From IMG/VR virus record IMGVR_UViG_3300029506_000018, positions 1-37,963 of that record: a stretch of 37,963 nt of DNA; one strand, 5' to 3'. Made by a program: the position numbers and the translations under genes. Under the pieces are notes generated by a model. It worked only from the letters and a program-made list of their open reading frames with translations. It made no database searches and was not told the origin of the DNA. Shown in pieces: positions 6,663-14,483 of this stretch. Within the stretch, counting starts at the first letter, position 1; the number at the start of each line of letters is the position of its first letter. The stretch is from a virus.

Positions 6663-8123
6663 ATGAAAAAGATCGCAGCTGCTTATATAAGAGTCAGTAC
6701 GCACATGCAAGAAGAATTATCTCCAGATGCACAGCTCCGTTTTATTAGGACCTGGGCAGATGCTCATGGTTATTATGTGCCTGACGAATTTGTTTTTATA
6801 GATAGCGGAATTTCTGGAAGGAAAGCAAAGAAACGTCATGACTTTTTACGAATGATCGGGCTCGCCAAAATGAAGCCTTCCCCTTTTGAATCAATCCTTC
6901 TTTGGAAATTTAATCGTTTTGCACGAAACCAAGAGGAAAGCATTTTTTATAAGTCCATGCTTCGTAAAAAATGCAAGGTTGATGTTATCAGCACCACTCA
7001 GCAGACAACGAAAGACATCTACGGAGATCTGATTGAACGTATCATTGAATGGACTGACGAATTCTTTTCTATCCAGTTAGGGGAAGATGTCAAACGAGGA
7101 ATGACTGAAAACGCCCTTCGTGGAAATTTCCAAGCTTCTCCGGCTTTTGGATACAAGGTAGAAAAAGGGCTAGGACTAGTCATTGTTGACGGTCAGGCAA
7201 ATATCGTTCGAATGATTTTTAATTTATATGCCAATACTAGGATGGGATTTTACGAAATCGCTCGCCACTTGAATCGCTTAGGCTATAAAACCAAGAAAGG
7301 TGGAGCTTTTGAGGCTCGCGCAATTAGGTACATTATTCAGAATCCAATCTATAAAGGATACCTTCGATGGAACTATGCAAATGGTACTACACATGCTGTC
7401 AATGATGAAAGCGAATGGATCATCGTAAAATCTCCACTAGTTCCTGTCATCGTGCCTGAAGAACTTTGGGATCGAGCGAACGAGCGTTTAAAAAATGAGT
7501 ATCATCCTAAAAACGGAAAGCCAGTATCAAAGCATCGCCACTGGTTGTCCGGGCTTGTCAAATGCTCTTCCTGCGGTGCGTCTCTTTCTACATCTGTGCA
7601 ATATCGTCGCGATCGCACCTACATTAATTTTCAATGCTATAAGTACCTTAAGGGAAAATGTATGATTTCTCATGGAATTTCTGAAAAGAAGCTTGTTCCG
7701 TTGATTTTAAATGTCTTAAAAGAAGATATGAACAAATCCTACATAGAATGCGAACGTATAGAAAAGGTTGTTGAAAATCAACAGGATATCCTGGATGTTC
7801 AGTTGAAACGTTTGGATGCCAGAGAAGTTCGGATCAAAGAGGCATATTTGAATGGCGTTGATTCTTTGTCAGAATACAAAAGCAATAAAGAACAAATTCA
7901 ACAAGAAAGAGAACTTCTTCTCAAGCAATCACAGAATCATGGCAAAGAGGAAAAAGGATCAAATGAACTTCCTAATAAGATTCGTGGTGTTTATGACATA
8001 CTGGTATCTGATCAATGCAGCAAAGATGAAAAACAAGCTGCAATTCGTTCGATCGTGAAAAAAATTGTATTCGATAAAGAAAACAAAACCTTAGATTTCT
8101 ATTATTACATAAAAGAAGATTAA
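6663..8123 (+). CDS. Large serine recombinase (integrase type)
   Basis: MKKIAAAYIRVSTHMQ carries the catalytic Ser motif. Recombinase domain, zinc ribbon CSSCG...FQCYKYLKGKC and C-terminal coiled coil follow. The start at 6663 follows an AAAGGTGA RBS. Confidence 0.9.
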   Translation: MKKIAAAYIRVSTHMQEELSPDAQLRFIRTWADAHGYYVPDEFVFIDSGISGRKAKKRHDFLRMIGLAKMKPSPFESILLWKFNRFARNQEESIFYKSMLRKKCKVDVISTTQQTTKDIYGDLIERIIEWTDEFFSIQLGEDVKRGMTENALRGNFQASPAFGYKVEKGLGLVIVDGQANIVRMIFNLYANTRMGFYEIARHLNRLGYKTKKGGAFEARAIRYIIQNPIYKGYLRWNYANGTTHAVNDESEWIIVKSPLVPVIVPEELWDRANERLKNEYHPKNGKPVSKHRHWLSGLVKCSSCGASLSTSVQYRRDRTYINFQCYKYLKGKCMISHGISEKKLVPLILNVLKEDMNKSYIECERIEKVVENQQDILDVQLKRLDAREVRIKEAYLNGVDSLSEYKSNKEQIQQERELLLKQSQNHGKEEKGSNELPNKIRGVYDILVSDQCSKDEKQAAIRSIVKKIVFDKENKTLDFYYYIKED

Positions 8124-8165
8124 GCCATAACTCCTCAATTCCGCAGTATTACTTTGTTTGCAGAG

Positions 8166-8222
8166 TTTATACGCACTTGCAGAATGGATGACCTTACTGT
8201 AAGTGCGTATAAAGTTTTTTCT
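8166..8222 (+). terminator. Strong intrinsic terminator after the serine recombinase
   Basis: 17-bp stem (1 mismatch) tttatacgcacttgcag / ctgtaagtgcgtataaa, followed by gtttttt. Confidence 0.8.
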
Positions 8223-8340
8223 TTAACACTGAAACAGTGCTATTCTCAACCCATGTCTTCCCTATTTCGGTTCAGATTTCTTAAACAGATTCTTTAGAAA
8301 TGGCATAATTACGTGCTTTTTAAACTTATAATAGATGCTA

Positions 8341-8485
8341 AAAGTGGGTACTTTTCTGTTTTCCGGTTTTTATACAGAAAGTACCCCCTTTTTTGCAAAT
8401 AGTACCCCCTTTTACAACAAGAAAGTACCCTGTTTTAGAACAGGAAAGTACCCCCTTTTATTTTACAAGTTCCAGGTACTTTGTT
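8341..8485. repeat. Iteron array: four direct copies of about GAAAGTACCCCCTTTT at 21-23 bp spacing, flanked by two degenerate inverted copies
   Basis: GTACC cores at 8381, 8402, 8425 and 8448. Inverted GGTACTTT cores sit at 8347-8354 and 8476-8483. Confidence 0.85.
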
Positions 8486-8518
8486 GGAACCCAATTATTT
8501 AATTCTTTTGCTGCTTTC

Positions 8519-8737
8519 TTATTCTTCTTTTAAAATTTCCTTCATGTCGTCAATTGCTTCTTCCTGTGTTCTGTATTTCCTAAAAGTTCCGAACGTATTC
8601 TTATATAATAGGAAGTATTTGTATCCCCATAAGCTATCGTCAACTCCTGCGTTCGGATGATTTTCCGTGAAGTATACTGTATTTTTCTTTTCTTCTACGC
8701 TCCGTGCTAACGCTTCCATTCTTGTTCTTTTGCTCAT
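8519..8737 (-). CDS. Hypothetical 72-aa protein
   Basis: The start MSKRTRMEAL follows AAAGGAGA. It has its own consensus promoter. Confidence 0.6.
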   Translation of the reverse strand: MSKRTRMEALARSVEEKKNTVYFTENHPNAGVDDSLWGYKYFLLYKNTFGTFRKYRTQEEAIDDMKEILKEE

Positions 8738-8780
8738 AACTTTATCTCCTTTTCTTTGCTTATCTCCTTTAACTATCTTT

Positions 8781-8809
8781 ATTATAATCTTTTTAAGGAT
8801 TAAAGTCAA
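8781..8809 (-). promoter_or_regulatory. Promoter TTGACT-17-TATAAT for the 72-aa gene
   Basis: Minus-strand TTGACT at 8809..8804 and TATAAT at 8786..8781. The spacer is almost entirely the 16-bp repeat arm 8788-8803. Confidence 0.7.
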
Positions 8810-8839
8810 TAGTTTTTTAATCTTTTTTTGGATTATTTT

Positions 8840-9043
8840 TTAATCTTCTACATATTTGATTATGTTCCCCGGCTGCATGTCTAACAGCTTGCAAAGCTGT
8901 TCAAGTGTTTTGATACCAATCATCTCGCCTTTTCTTATCTTTTGCATTGCATTTTGGCTAATTGGTCGCTCATCTCTTATTCTAGTTGCATTGTAGCCTG
9001 CTTCCTTTAATTCTTCTATTACATTTATTTTGTAAACTAGCAT
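8840..9043 (-). CDS. Small Cro/C1-type HTH protein
   Basis: 67 aa. ISQNAMQKIRKGEMIGIKTLEQLCKLLDMQPGNIIKY matches the short XRE/HTH_26-like pattern. Confidence 0.75.
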   Translation of the reverse strand: MLVYKINVIEELKEAGYNATRIRDERPISQNAMQKIRKGEMIGIKTLEQLCKLLDMQPGNIIKYVED

Positions 9044-9071
9044 TTAATTTTTTCCTCCTGCTTTTTCTTTG

Positions 9072-9100
9072 ATTTTACTTCTTTTTTTCGATCACGTCAA
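9072..9100 (-). promoter_or_regulatory. Promoter TTGACG-17-TAAAAT for the HTH gene
   Basis: Minus-strand TTGACG at 9100..9095 and TAAAAT at 9077..9072. Confidence 0.6.
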
Positions 9101-9135
9101 CAAAAAATAATCCTTAAAAAGATAATTTTATTTGC

Positions 9136-9171
9136 AAAAAAGGACCAGAGAAAAAATCTCTGATCCTTTTA
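9136..9171. terminator. Bidirectional terminator hairpin
   Basis: Stem aggaccagaga / tctctgatcct (1 mismatch), flanked by A-runs and T-runs. Confidence 0.55.
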
Positions 9172-9260
9172 CGCCCTTGGAATATATTGTGGTTGTTTGT
9201 ACTATTATATTACTATGTTTTCTTAATTTAGTCAATGTTATTCATGTTTTAGCTATGATA

Positions 9261-9289
9261 TTGACCGTATTTATCATTGTATGTATAAT
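9261..9289 (+). promoter_or_regulatory. Near-consensus promoter TTGACC-17-TATAAT for the AP2-domain gene
   Basis: TTGACC at 9261-9266 and TATAAT at 9284-9289. Confidence 0.7.
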
Positions 9290-9315
9290 TTATCAAAAGG
9301 AAGGAGTGGTTGTTT

Positions 9316-10098
9316 GTGTCTTTAAGAGAATGCGTTGTCTGTGGAAAGACTTTTGATGGAGCACCAAGTGCAAAATATTGCTCCGAAGAATGCAAAAACG
9401 CACCACAATATACAAATGAATTTAATGGAGAAAAGTGGGGAAAATTAACTATCATAGATGCTTATAGAAAAAAAGGAAGAGTTTATGCCATTTGCAAATG
9501 TGAATGTGGAAATACAAAAACTGTAAGATACGATGCTCTAACATCTGGTCGAACTCAATCTTGCGGATGTTTTGCCGAAGCTAATCACTATAAGCCAACT
9601 GATCTTACTGGTAAAATTAACGATTATGGCTGTAAAGCAATTAAACAAACAAGGATTGGAAATCGGTATAAATGGGAGTGTGAATGTTCTTGTGGAAAGC
9701 ACTACCTAGTTCCTGCCGGACTGTTTTACAAACAAATGTCTTGTGGTTGCTCACATCAAAGAAGTGCCAAAGAAAACCTCAAAAAGGCTGCGGAAACATG
9801 TGAACAAGGATATATAGAAAATACATCCATTACATCAATCAAACCTAGAAAAATGTTATGTAATAACACATCTGGAGTTCGTGGTGTTAGTTGGGACAAA
9901 AATCGGCGAAAATGGGCTGCTACAATAGTATTTAAAGGCAAAACATACCATTTAGGAAGATACTACAATATAGAAGATGCAGCCGCAGTAAGAAAAGAAG
10001 CCGAAGATGCTCTGTTTGGAAATTTTCTTGAATGGTTCCAAGAAGTATATCCGGAAAGATGGGAAAAATTCAATAATAATAAAAAAGATGGAAAATAA
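9316..10098 (+). CDS. AP2/ERF-type DNA-binding domain protein with N-terminal repeated Cys-rich modules
   Basis: C-terminal SGVRGVSWDKNRRKWAATIVFKGKTYHLGRYYNIEDAAAVRKEAE is an AP2 signature. The N-terminus has a CxxC and repeated CxCxCG...SCGC units. GTG at 9316 is 9 nt after AAGGAG. Confidence 0.75.
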   Translation: MSLRECVVCGKTFDGAPSAKYCSEECKNAPQYTNEFNGEKWGKLTIIDAYRKKGRVYAICKCECGNTKTVRYDALTSGRTQSCGCFAEANHYKPTDLTGKINDYGCKAIKQTRIGNRYKWECECSCGKHYLVPAGLFYKQMSCGCSHQRSAKENLKKAAETCEQGYIENTSITSIKPRKMLCNNTSGVRGVSWDKNRRKWAATIVFKGKTYHLGRYYNIEDAAAVRKEAEDALFGNFLEWFQEVYPERWEKFNNNKKDGK

Positions 10099-10114
10099 TT
10101 GCCATCTTTTTTTA
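10086..10114 (+). terminator. Terminator of the AP2 gene
   Basis: Stem agatgg-N10-ccatct followed by a T7 run. Confidence 0.65.
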
Positions 10115-10126
10115 TTATTATTGATA

Positions 10127-10152
10127 TAAAAAAGACCAGGGAGAATCCCTGG
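10127..10152 (-). terminator. Terminator of the lysis cassette
   Basis: Stem ccaggga-gaa-tccctgg, followed on the minus strand by tctttttt. Confidence 0.7.
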
Positions 10153-10160
10153 CTTAATTG

Positions 10161-10814
10161 TTATTTAAGATATTTAGTTGCTACATATCCAGTAGTTGTT
10201 TTGTATTTAACCTTCGTCCAAGAAGCTCTTTTTTTAACTACTTCTACTTTAGTTCCTTTCGGAATCTTTCCAAGCTCTTTTGATTTCGCATTTGCAGCGC
10301 TCCTGATCGTAAGAGGATCTTTCTTCGTATTTACTGTTGCATACGTTTTTTTCTTTGCAGTTTTCTTTTTAACAGTAAGAAAAAGCTTCCGTTCTGCTTT
10401 TCTTCTTCTTGTCAATCCGTTCAGCACTTTACCGCCAGCTTTATTGTACTGGAGCATCTTTGCGGCGATCGTCGCTCTTGATCTTGTCCCATTTGCAGTT
10501 AATGCATCGATGCTGCCGATGTTGTACGCAAATGATACTAATGCATCAATCTCGTTTTGATTCCATTTGTACTTGCTGTTATACTTCATCACCTTCGGTA
10601 GATACTTCTTATTAAGTGCCTGTTCCAGCCAATTATCTGCTGTTTTCTCTGTGATCTTGAGTCCAGCTTTAACTGTAACTTTTGTAATCGCCTTATCTGC
10701 ATTTGTGATTCCGTAACCGATCGTCCAAACTCCGACTTCGTCTTTATAAGATTTTAGGTATAATCCTTCAAACTCTTTTACGAGTTTAATGCATTTTTTG
10801 CTTACTGCTGCCAT
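10161..10814 (-). CDS. Endolysin: GH24 (T4/lambda-type) lysozyme with a C-terminal SH3b-like binding domain
   Basis: EFEGLYLKSYKDEVGVWTIGYG carries the E/D/T catalytic triad pattern. The C-terminus reads GTKVEVVKKRASWTKVKYKTTTGYVATKYL. Confidence 0.85.
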   Translation of the reverse strand: MAAVSKKCIKLVKEFEGLYLKSYKDEVGVWTIGYGITNADKAITKVTVKAGLKITEKTADNWLEQALNKKYLPKVMKYNSKYKWNQNEIDALVSFAYNIGSIDALTANGTRSRATIAAKMLQYNKAGGKVLNGLTRRRKAERKLFLTVKKKTAKKKTYATVNTKKDPLTIRSAANAKSKELGKIPKGTKVEVVKKRASWTKVKYKTTTGYVATKYLK

Positions 10815-10816
10815 AT

Positions 10817-11302
10817 TTATTCATCCCCCTTATCTGTGTCTTCCAGGATGTCTGCTTTGCTTTTTACTTGTGATCTGATATTTTTCACAAGCGGTTTTAA
10901 AAATTTAGGGATCGGTACTCCGATATCCTGGATGTTTTCCAGGATTGATATGACCTCGTTACATGTGATCCATACCGAAACAATGCTTGCTATTAAAAAT
11001 GAGATCTTAATGTCCAATCCAATCTGGGCAGTTGAATATTTGATCATCTCGTCCACGATCGCGCCTACTACAACCAGTAACCACATCGCTATCTTCTTAA
11101 ATATGCCCCTGATTGATCTGTATGAATTGATATCCTGATTCCTGAATTTCCTTGCAATCAGTCCCGTCGCATAATCAACCAGGTTACTAGTAATCATTAA
11201 TGCACACGGAAATGCTAGCACTCCAAGTAAGCTAGATAATGCTGATCCGATTGCAATTATCATTATTTTTACATTATTTACCTGCTCCATTTTCTTCTTC
11301 AT
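10817..11302 (-). CDS. Holin (LL-H / TcdE-like phage_holin_4 family)
   Basis: Several transmembrane helices, a CNEVISILENI motif, and a position directly upstream of the endolysin. Confidence 0.8.
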   Translation of the reverse strand: MKKKMEQVNNVKIMIIAIGSALSSLLGVLAFPCALMITSNLVDYATGLIARKFRNQDINSYRSIRGIFKKIAMWLLVVVGAIVDEMIKYSTAQIGLDIKISFLIASIVSVWITCNEVISILENIQDIGVPIPKFLKPLVKNIRSQVKSKADILEDTDKGDE

Positions 11303-11404
11303 AACCTCACTTTCCTTTCTTCGGAAGAAATTTATTTTTGCACAAAAAATAAGACCTGTTAAGGTCTTGCACGTATTTCCATTTTTATCTCCTTTTGTTA
11401 GAAA

Positions 11405-11441
11405 TGCAAAAGGACGTTCTGTTTCGAACGTCCTTTTTGTT
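11405..11441. terminator. Bidirectional terminator downstream of the tyrosine recombinase
   Basis: Stem aggacgttc-tgtttc-gaacgtcct with T-rich flanks on both strands. Confidence 0.6.
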
Positions 11442-12437
11442 TTATATTACGCAACGCTTATGGCTGCATTTTGTTGCTGCTTCTGTTACGTCTGCATACT
11501 CTAGCGTAGTGGCTATGCTAGAATGACCCAGGAACTCCTTAACCTCTTCTATCGGCATGCCGTGGTCCCTTGCATCTGTAGCCGATGTGTGGCGGATCAA
11601 GTGCGGATGTACTCTTCTTTTTATACCTGCTTTCTCTCCAAGTTGTCGGAATCTCTTTTCAATTGCTGCCTTTTTCAAACGATTATATGGCTTTCTTTCT
11701 CCTACAAACAATGCTGGATCATCAAGATTTCTTGTTTCCAGGTAATTTTTCAATGCAAGTTCTGCTTTCGCATTTAAGAAAGAAGTTCTGTGTTTATCTC
11801 CTTTTCCAAACAGATGCACTTCTTTTTTCAAGAAGTCAACATCATCAAGATTCATTCTTTCGCACTCTGTGACACGGCAACCAGTGCTGTAGAAAAACTC
11901 CACCAATGCTTTGTCTCTCACTGTTTCGCATGCATTTCTTAATTGTTCCATCTCAAGCGGAGTTAATGGCTTTTTCTTCTTGCGTTCGTATTTGATACGT
12001 TTTATATTCCTGCACGGATTTCTGTCTATGTACTCTTCATTGGTCGCCCATTCTAAAAACGCATGGATCGCTGATCTCCTGCTGTCCAGTGTTCTATTGC
12101 TAAGTTTTCTTTGTTGCTGAACTTTATACAGATATACCCTAATGTCATTTGTTGTGATTTTCTTAATATCTTTGTTCATTGCCAGGAAGAAGTCTTTCAA
12201 ATATAAATCATATAAGTTTAATGTTTTCAGACTCAATCCCTCAATTTTTCGAGTCACGAAGTAAGTCTGATAACACTCTGGAAGATATCCTTCATATAAC
12301 GTCAATGATGTCTCACGTTTCTTTATCTCATAGTCATTAACAAAGATCGTCAATTGTTTAAACACAATTTTCAGAGAATCATCATCGATCTTGTCGCTTA
12401 GTGTGGTCATAAAGGTAGTTACAAACTGTTCTCTCAT
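11442..12437 (-). CDS. Tyrosine site-specific recombinase (XerC/D-like, phage-integrase family)
   Basis: Catalytic pattern STGCRVTE (R), HLIRHTSAT (HxxR), LGHSS and TLEYAD (Y), with an N-terminal SAM-like core-binding domain. The ATG at 12437 is 6 nt after AAAGGAGA. Confidence 0.9.
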   Translation of the reverse strand: MREQFVTTFMTTLSDKIDDDSLKIVFKQLTIFVNDYEIKKRETSLTLYEGYLPECYQTYFVTRKIEGLSLKTLNLYDLYLKDFFLAMNKDIKKITTNDIRVYLYKVQQQRKLSNRTLDSRRSAIHAFLEWATNEEYIDRNPCRNIKRIKYERKKKKPLTPLEMEQLRNACETVRDKALVEFFYSTGCRVTECERMNLDDVDFLKKEVHLFGKGDKHRTSFLNAKAELALKNYLETRNLDDPALFVGERKPYNRLKKAAIEKRFRQLGEKAGIKRRVHPHLIRHTSATDARDHGMPIEEVKEFLGHSSIATTLEYADVTEAATKCSHKRCVI

Positions 12438-12455
12438 AAACATTCTCCTTTGCTC

Positions 12456-12503
12456 TACCCAAAGGAAAGAGTTTATGTTATAATGTGCTCGTACCTTTGG
12501 GTA
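12456..12503. promoter_or_regulatory. 10-bp inverted repeat TACCCAAAGG-N28-CCTTTGGGTA enclosing a -10-like hexamer upstream of the recombinase gene
   Basis: Arms at 12456-12465 and 12494-12503. TATAAT lies on the plus strand at 12479-12484 and TATAAC on the minus strand. Confidence 0.4.
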
Positions 12504-12830
12504 CCGTGTTTTGGAGCTGAACTTTTTGATTGGTAGTCGGGAGTTTAGCTCCTTCTTTATTTAGTTTCTAACTACATTTTACCATTTAATTGTTACAAAA
12601 CTGCCTATTTTACTGTTCTTTTAGACACGTTTAATAGTTCTGTAACACCTGCATTGAATGTGTAATCTTTGACTCATTTCAGGTAAAAAACGTCTGTCTT
12701 TTTTAGTTAACTAAAGCTTTTTTTAGTTTTCTTTTTAACTTAACGCTTTAGTCGGCCATGTGGCTTTCTCTCCCCAATGAACAATGATGGATTATCATCT
12801 CCATGAGTGCAAATAGGGTAGAAACCTTTT

Positions 12831-14483
12831 TTAGATATTTCTTAATTTTGCTTCTACGTAGGGGACGTAAAATTTTTCATAACCTTCTTTGGTTGGATGT
12901 GTACCATCATTATTAGCTGTATATTTGAGATAACTTGATATAGCTGTATTGAAACAACTTATGTTGTATAGGTCACAATATGGCATACTGTATTTTTTCA
13001 ACACGCTCTCAATAGCATCGTGTACTTCTGTCATTGTGTGCGAACCATTATTATAATCATTTATTTTTGTATATGGCGTATCTTTAATTTTGTGAGAAAA
13101 CACAAAAAGAATCTTTTTTCCTTCATATCTTTCCAATAGTTTTCGACACATATATTCAGTTCCACCGATTATTCTTGATGTATTTGTTATTTCGCTAGTA
13201 TAATCATCTGTAAGACTTCCAATAGTTCCTCTATAGATATGATCGTTATATCCACCACCAACAATAATATAATCGGCATCTTCATCCATTGTTTCAATAT
13301 TATCGCAGATGTGAAATACTGTTTCGTTTGTCCCAGACATAATCGTAGCACCTGATACAGCATAATTTATACAAGTCATGTTGTTTTTTTCTGCAATCAT
13401 GTCAACATATGATTTGTTACCTTTTGTATCCCCGTTGTAGCCTTGTCCTTTTACTATACTGTCTCCAATACATACTATTTTTTTGCCATATAAAAGATTA
13501 TCATTATTTTTGTTCAAAAATTCTTTTACTGTTAGTTGTGATACTTTTGTCAATTTGGGCCCTACAGATGTACTAGTTCCTTGTGCACCATTAATTTTTA
13601 CATATGCCGTTCTTAATGGTGTTGTCAACTCGATATCTACATAGTTTTTGGCAGTGCCATCCCCACACTCACTACCTAACAATTTATCGGCAGTGTCAAA
13701 ATATAATATTAGTGGATATTTTTTGTTTTGTTGCGAGCGTCCACTCACTTTTATTTTACACAATCCTTCTACCTGAGCTTTCCCCCATCTTGCATACGCA
13801 GAAGAGTATAGCTCTCCATCTGTACTAATTGCCTGTCCTTCCGTTATTTCTAATTGTACAACTTCTTCTTTGTATTCTGTTTCTGTATGATTTTTTTCGA
13901 TTTCTAAAGATTCCTTTAGTTGACCAATTTGTCCTCTAAGTGCATCTCCAGCATTGTCATAGACTGTCCCATCTTCTCCTATGCACATATTTTTAAGCTC
14001 AGCTAATCTAATGTCATTTATATCTCTCTCATATGCTATCGTTACAACTGCTGCAAAAAGATACTGCCCAACGACACTACTTGATCCAGAATACACAGTT
14101 ATAACATATTCATCGTTTGTTGACTCTACATTATAACTTGATGGGATGCCTTTACCATTTATTGCTACTCCATCTAATGCTTTAGCAATAACATTAGCAT
14201 TTATAACTGTAGGTGACTTATCCTTTATGCTTTTCAGTGTTTCATTGTCTTTGCTACTAATTTTAAATGTAAGGTCGCTGGCGCTGTTATTTCTGATTGT
14301 CCCCGACTGTACAGTTACTATCTCAACGCTTGACGCTGTACCACTAAGCATTCCATCAATTTTTTTGCTCTCAGTTGCTAATTTTTCATCAATTATGTCC
14401 ATATTGTTATTTATATCTTTAATGTTTACATAATCGTTCTCTTCTGGTTTTATCAGATTTAAATTTTTTGTTTTTGTGCTCAT
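12831..14483 (-). CDS. Tail fibre / receptor-binding protein with a C-terminal SGNH (GDSL) hydrolase domain
   Basis: The N-terminus KNLNLIKPEENDYVNIKDINNNMDIIDEKL is typical of Firmicute phage fibres. SGNH blocks are CIGDSIVKG, NYAVSGATI, GGGYNDH and DGTHPT. Confidence 0.8.
   Translation of the reverse strand: MSTKTKNLNLIKPEENDYVNIKDINNNMDIIDEKLATESKKIDGMLSGTASSVEIVTVQSGTIRNNSASDLTFKISSKDNETLKSIKDKSPTVINANVIAKALDGVAINGKGIPSSYNVESTNDEYVITVYSGSSSVVGQYLFAAVVTIAYERDINDIRLAELKNMCIGEDGTVYDNAGDALRGQIGQLKESLEIEKNHTETEYKEEVVQLEITEGQAISTDGELYSSAYARWGKAQVEGLCKIKVSGRSQQNKKYPLILYFDTADKLLGSECGDGTAKNYVDIELTTPLRTAYVKINGAQGTSTSVGPKLTKVSQLTVKEFLNKNNDNLLYGKKIVCIGDSIVKGQGYNGDTKGNKSYVDMIAEKNNMTCINYAVSGATIMSGTNETVFHICDNIETMDEDADYIIVGGGYNDHIYRGTIGSLTDDYTSEITNTSRIIGGTEYMCRKLLERYEGKKILFVFSHKIKDTPYTKINDYNNGSHTMTEVHDAIESVLKKYSMPYCDLYNISCFNTAISSYLKYTANNDGTHPTKEGYEKFYVPYVEAKLRNI

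Larger units (their letters stand above)
8788..9123. repeat. IR-D: perfect 16-bp inverted repeat (atctttttaaggatta at 8788-8803, taatccttaaaaagat at 9108-9123) bracketing the HTH gene and its promoter
   Basis: Both arms read directly; they are exact reverse complements. Confidence 0.85.

Noticed and set aside
8341-8485. Could the GTACCCCC repeats be a small CRISPR array?
   Set aside because: The repeat period is only 21-23 bp with almost no unique spacer between copies, the flanking copies are inverted, and the window has no cas genes. An iteron or operator array is the better description.
12688-12722. Partial resemblance of tcaggtaaa...gtctgtc...aactaaagct, and of the 14-bp palindrome TTTAGTTAACTAAA, to the IR-B arm next to the recombinase gene
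   Set aside because: Only scrambled 5-10-mers are shared. A single 9-mer match in 38 kb on two strands is not significant, and no partner inverted copy was found nearby.
12444-14483. Shufflon or Cin/Gin-type invertible tail-fibre C-terminus driven by the adjacent recombinase
   Set aside because: There are no alternative fibre gene fragments on the opposite strand and no inverted repeats crossing the 3' end of the fibre gene. The 390-bp gap has no coding potential.
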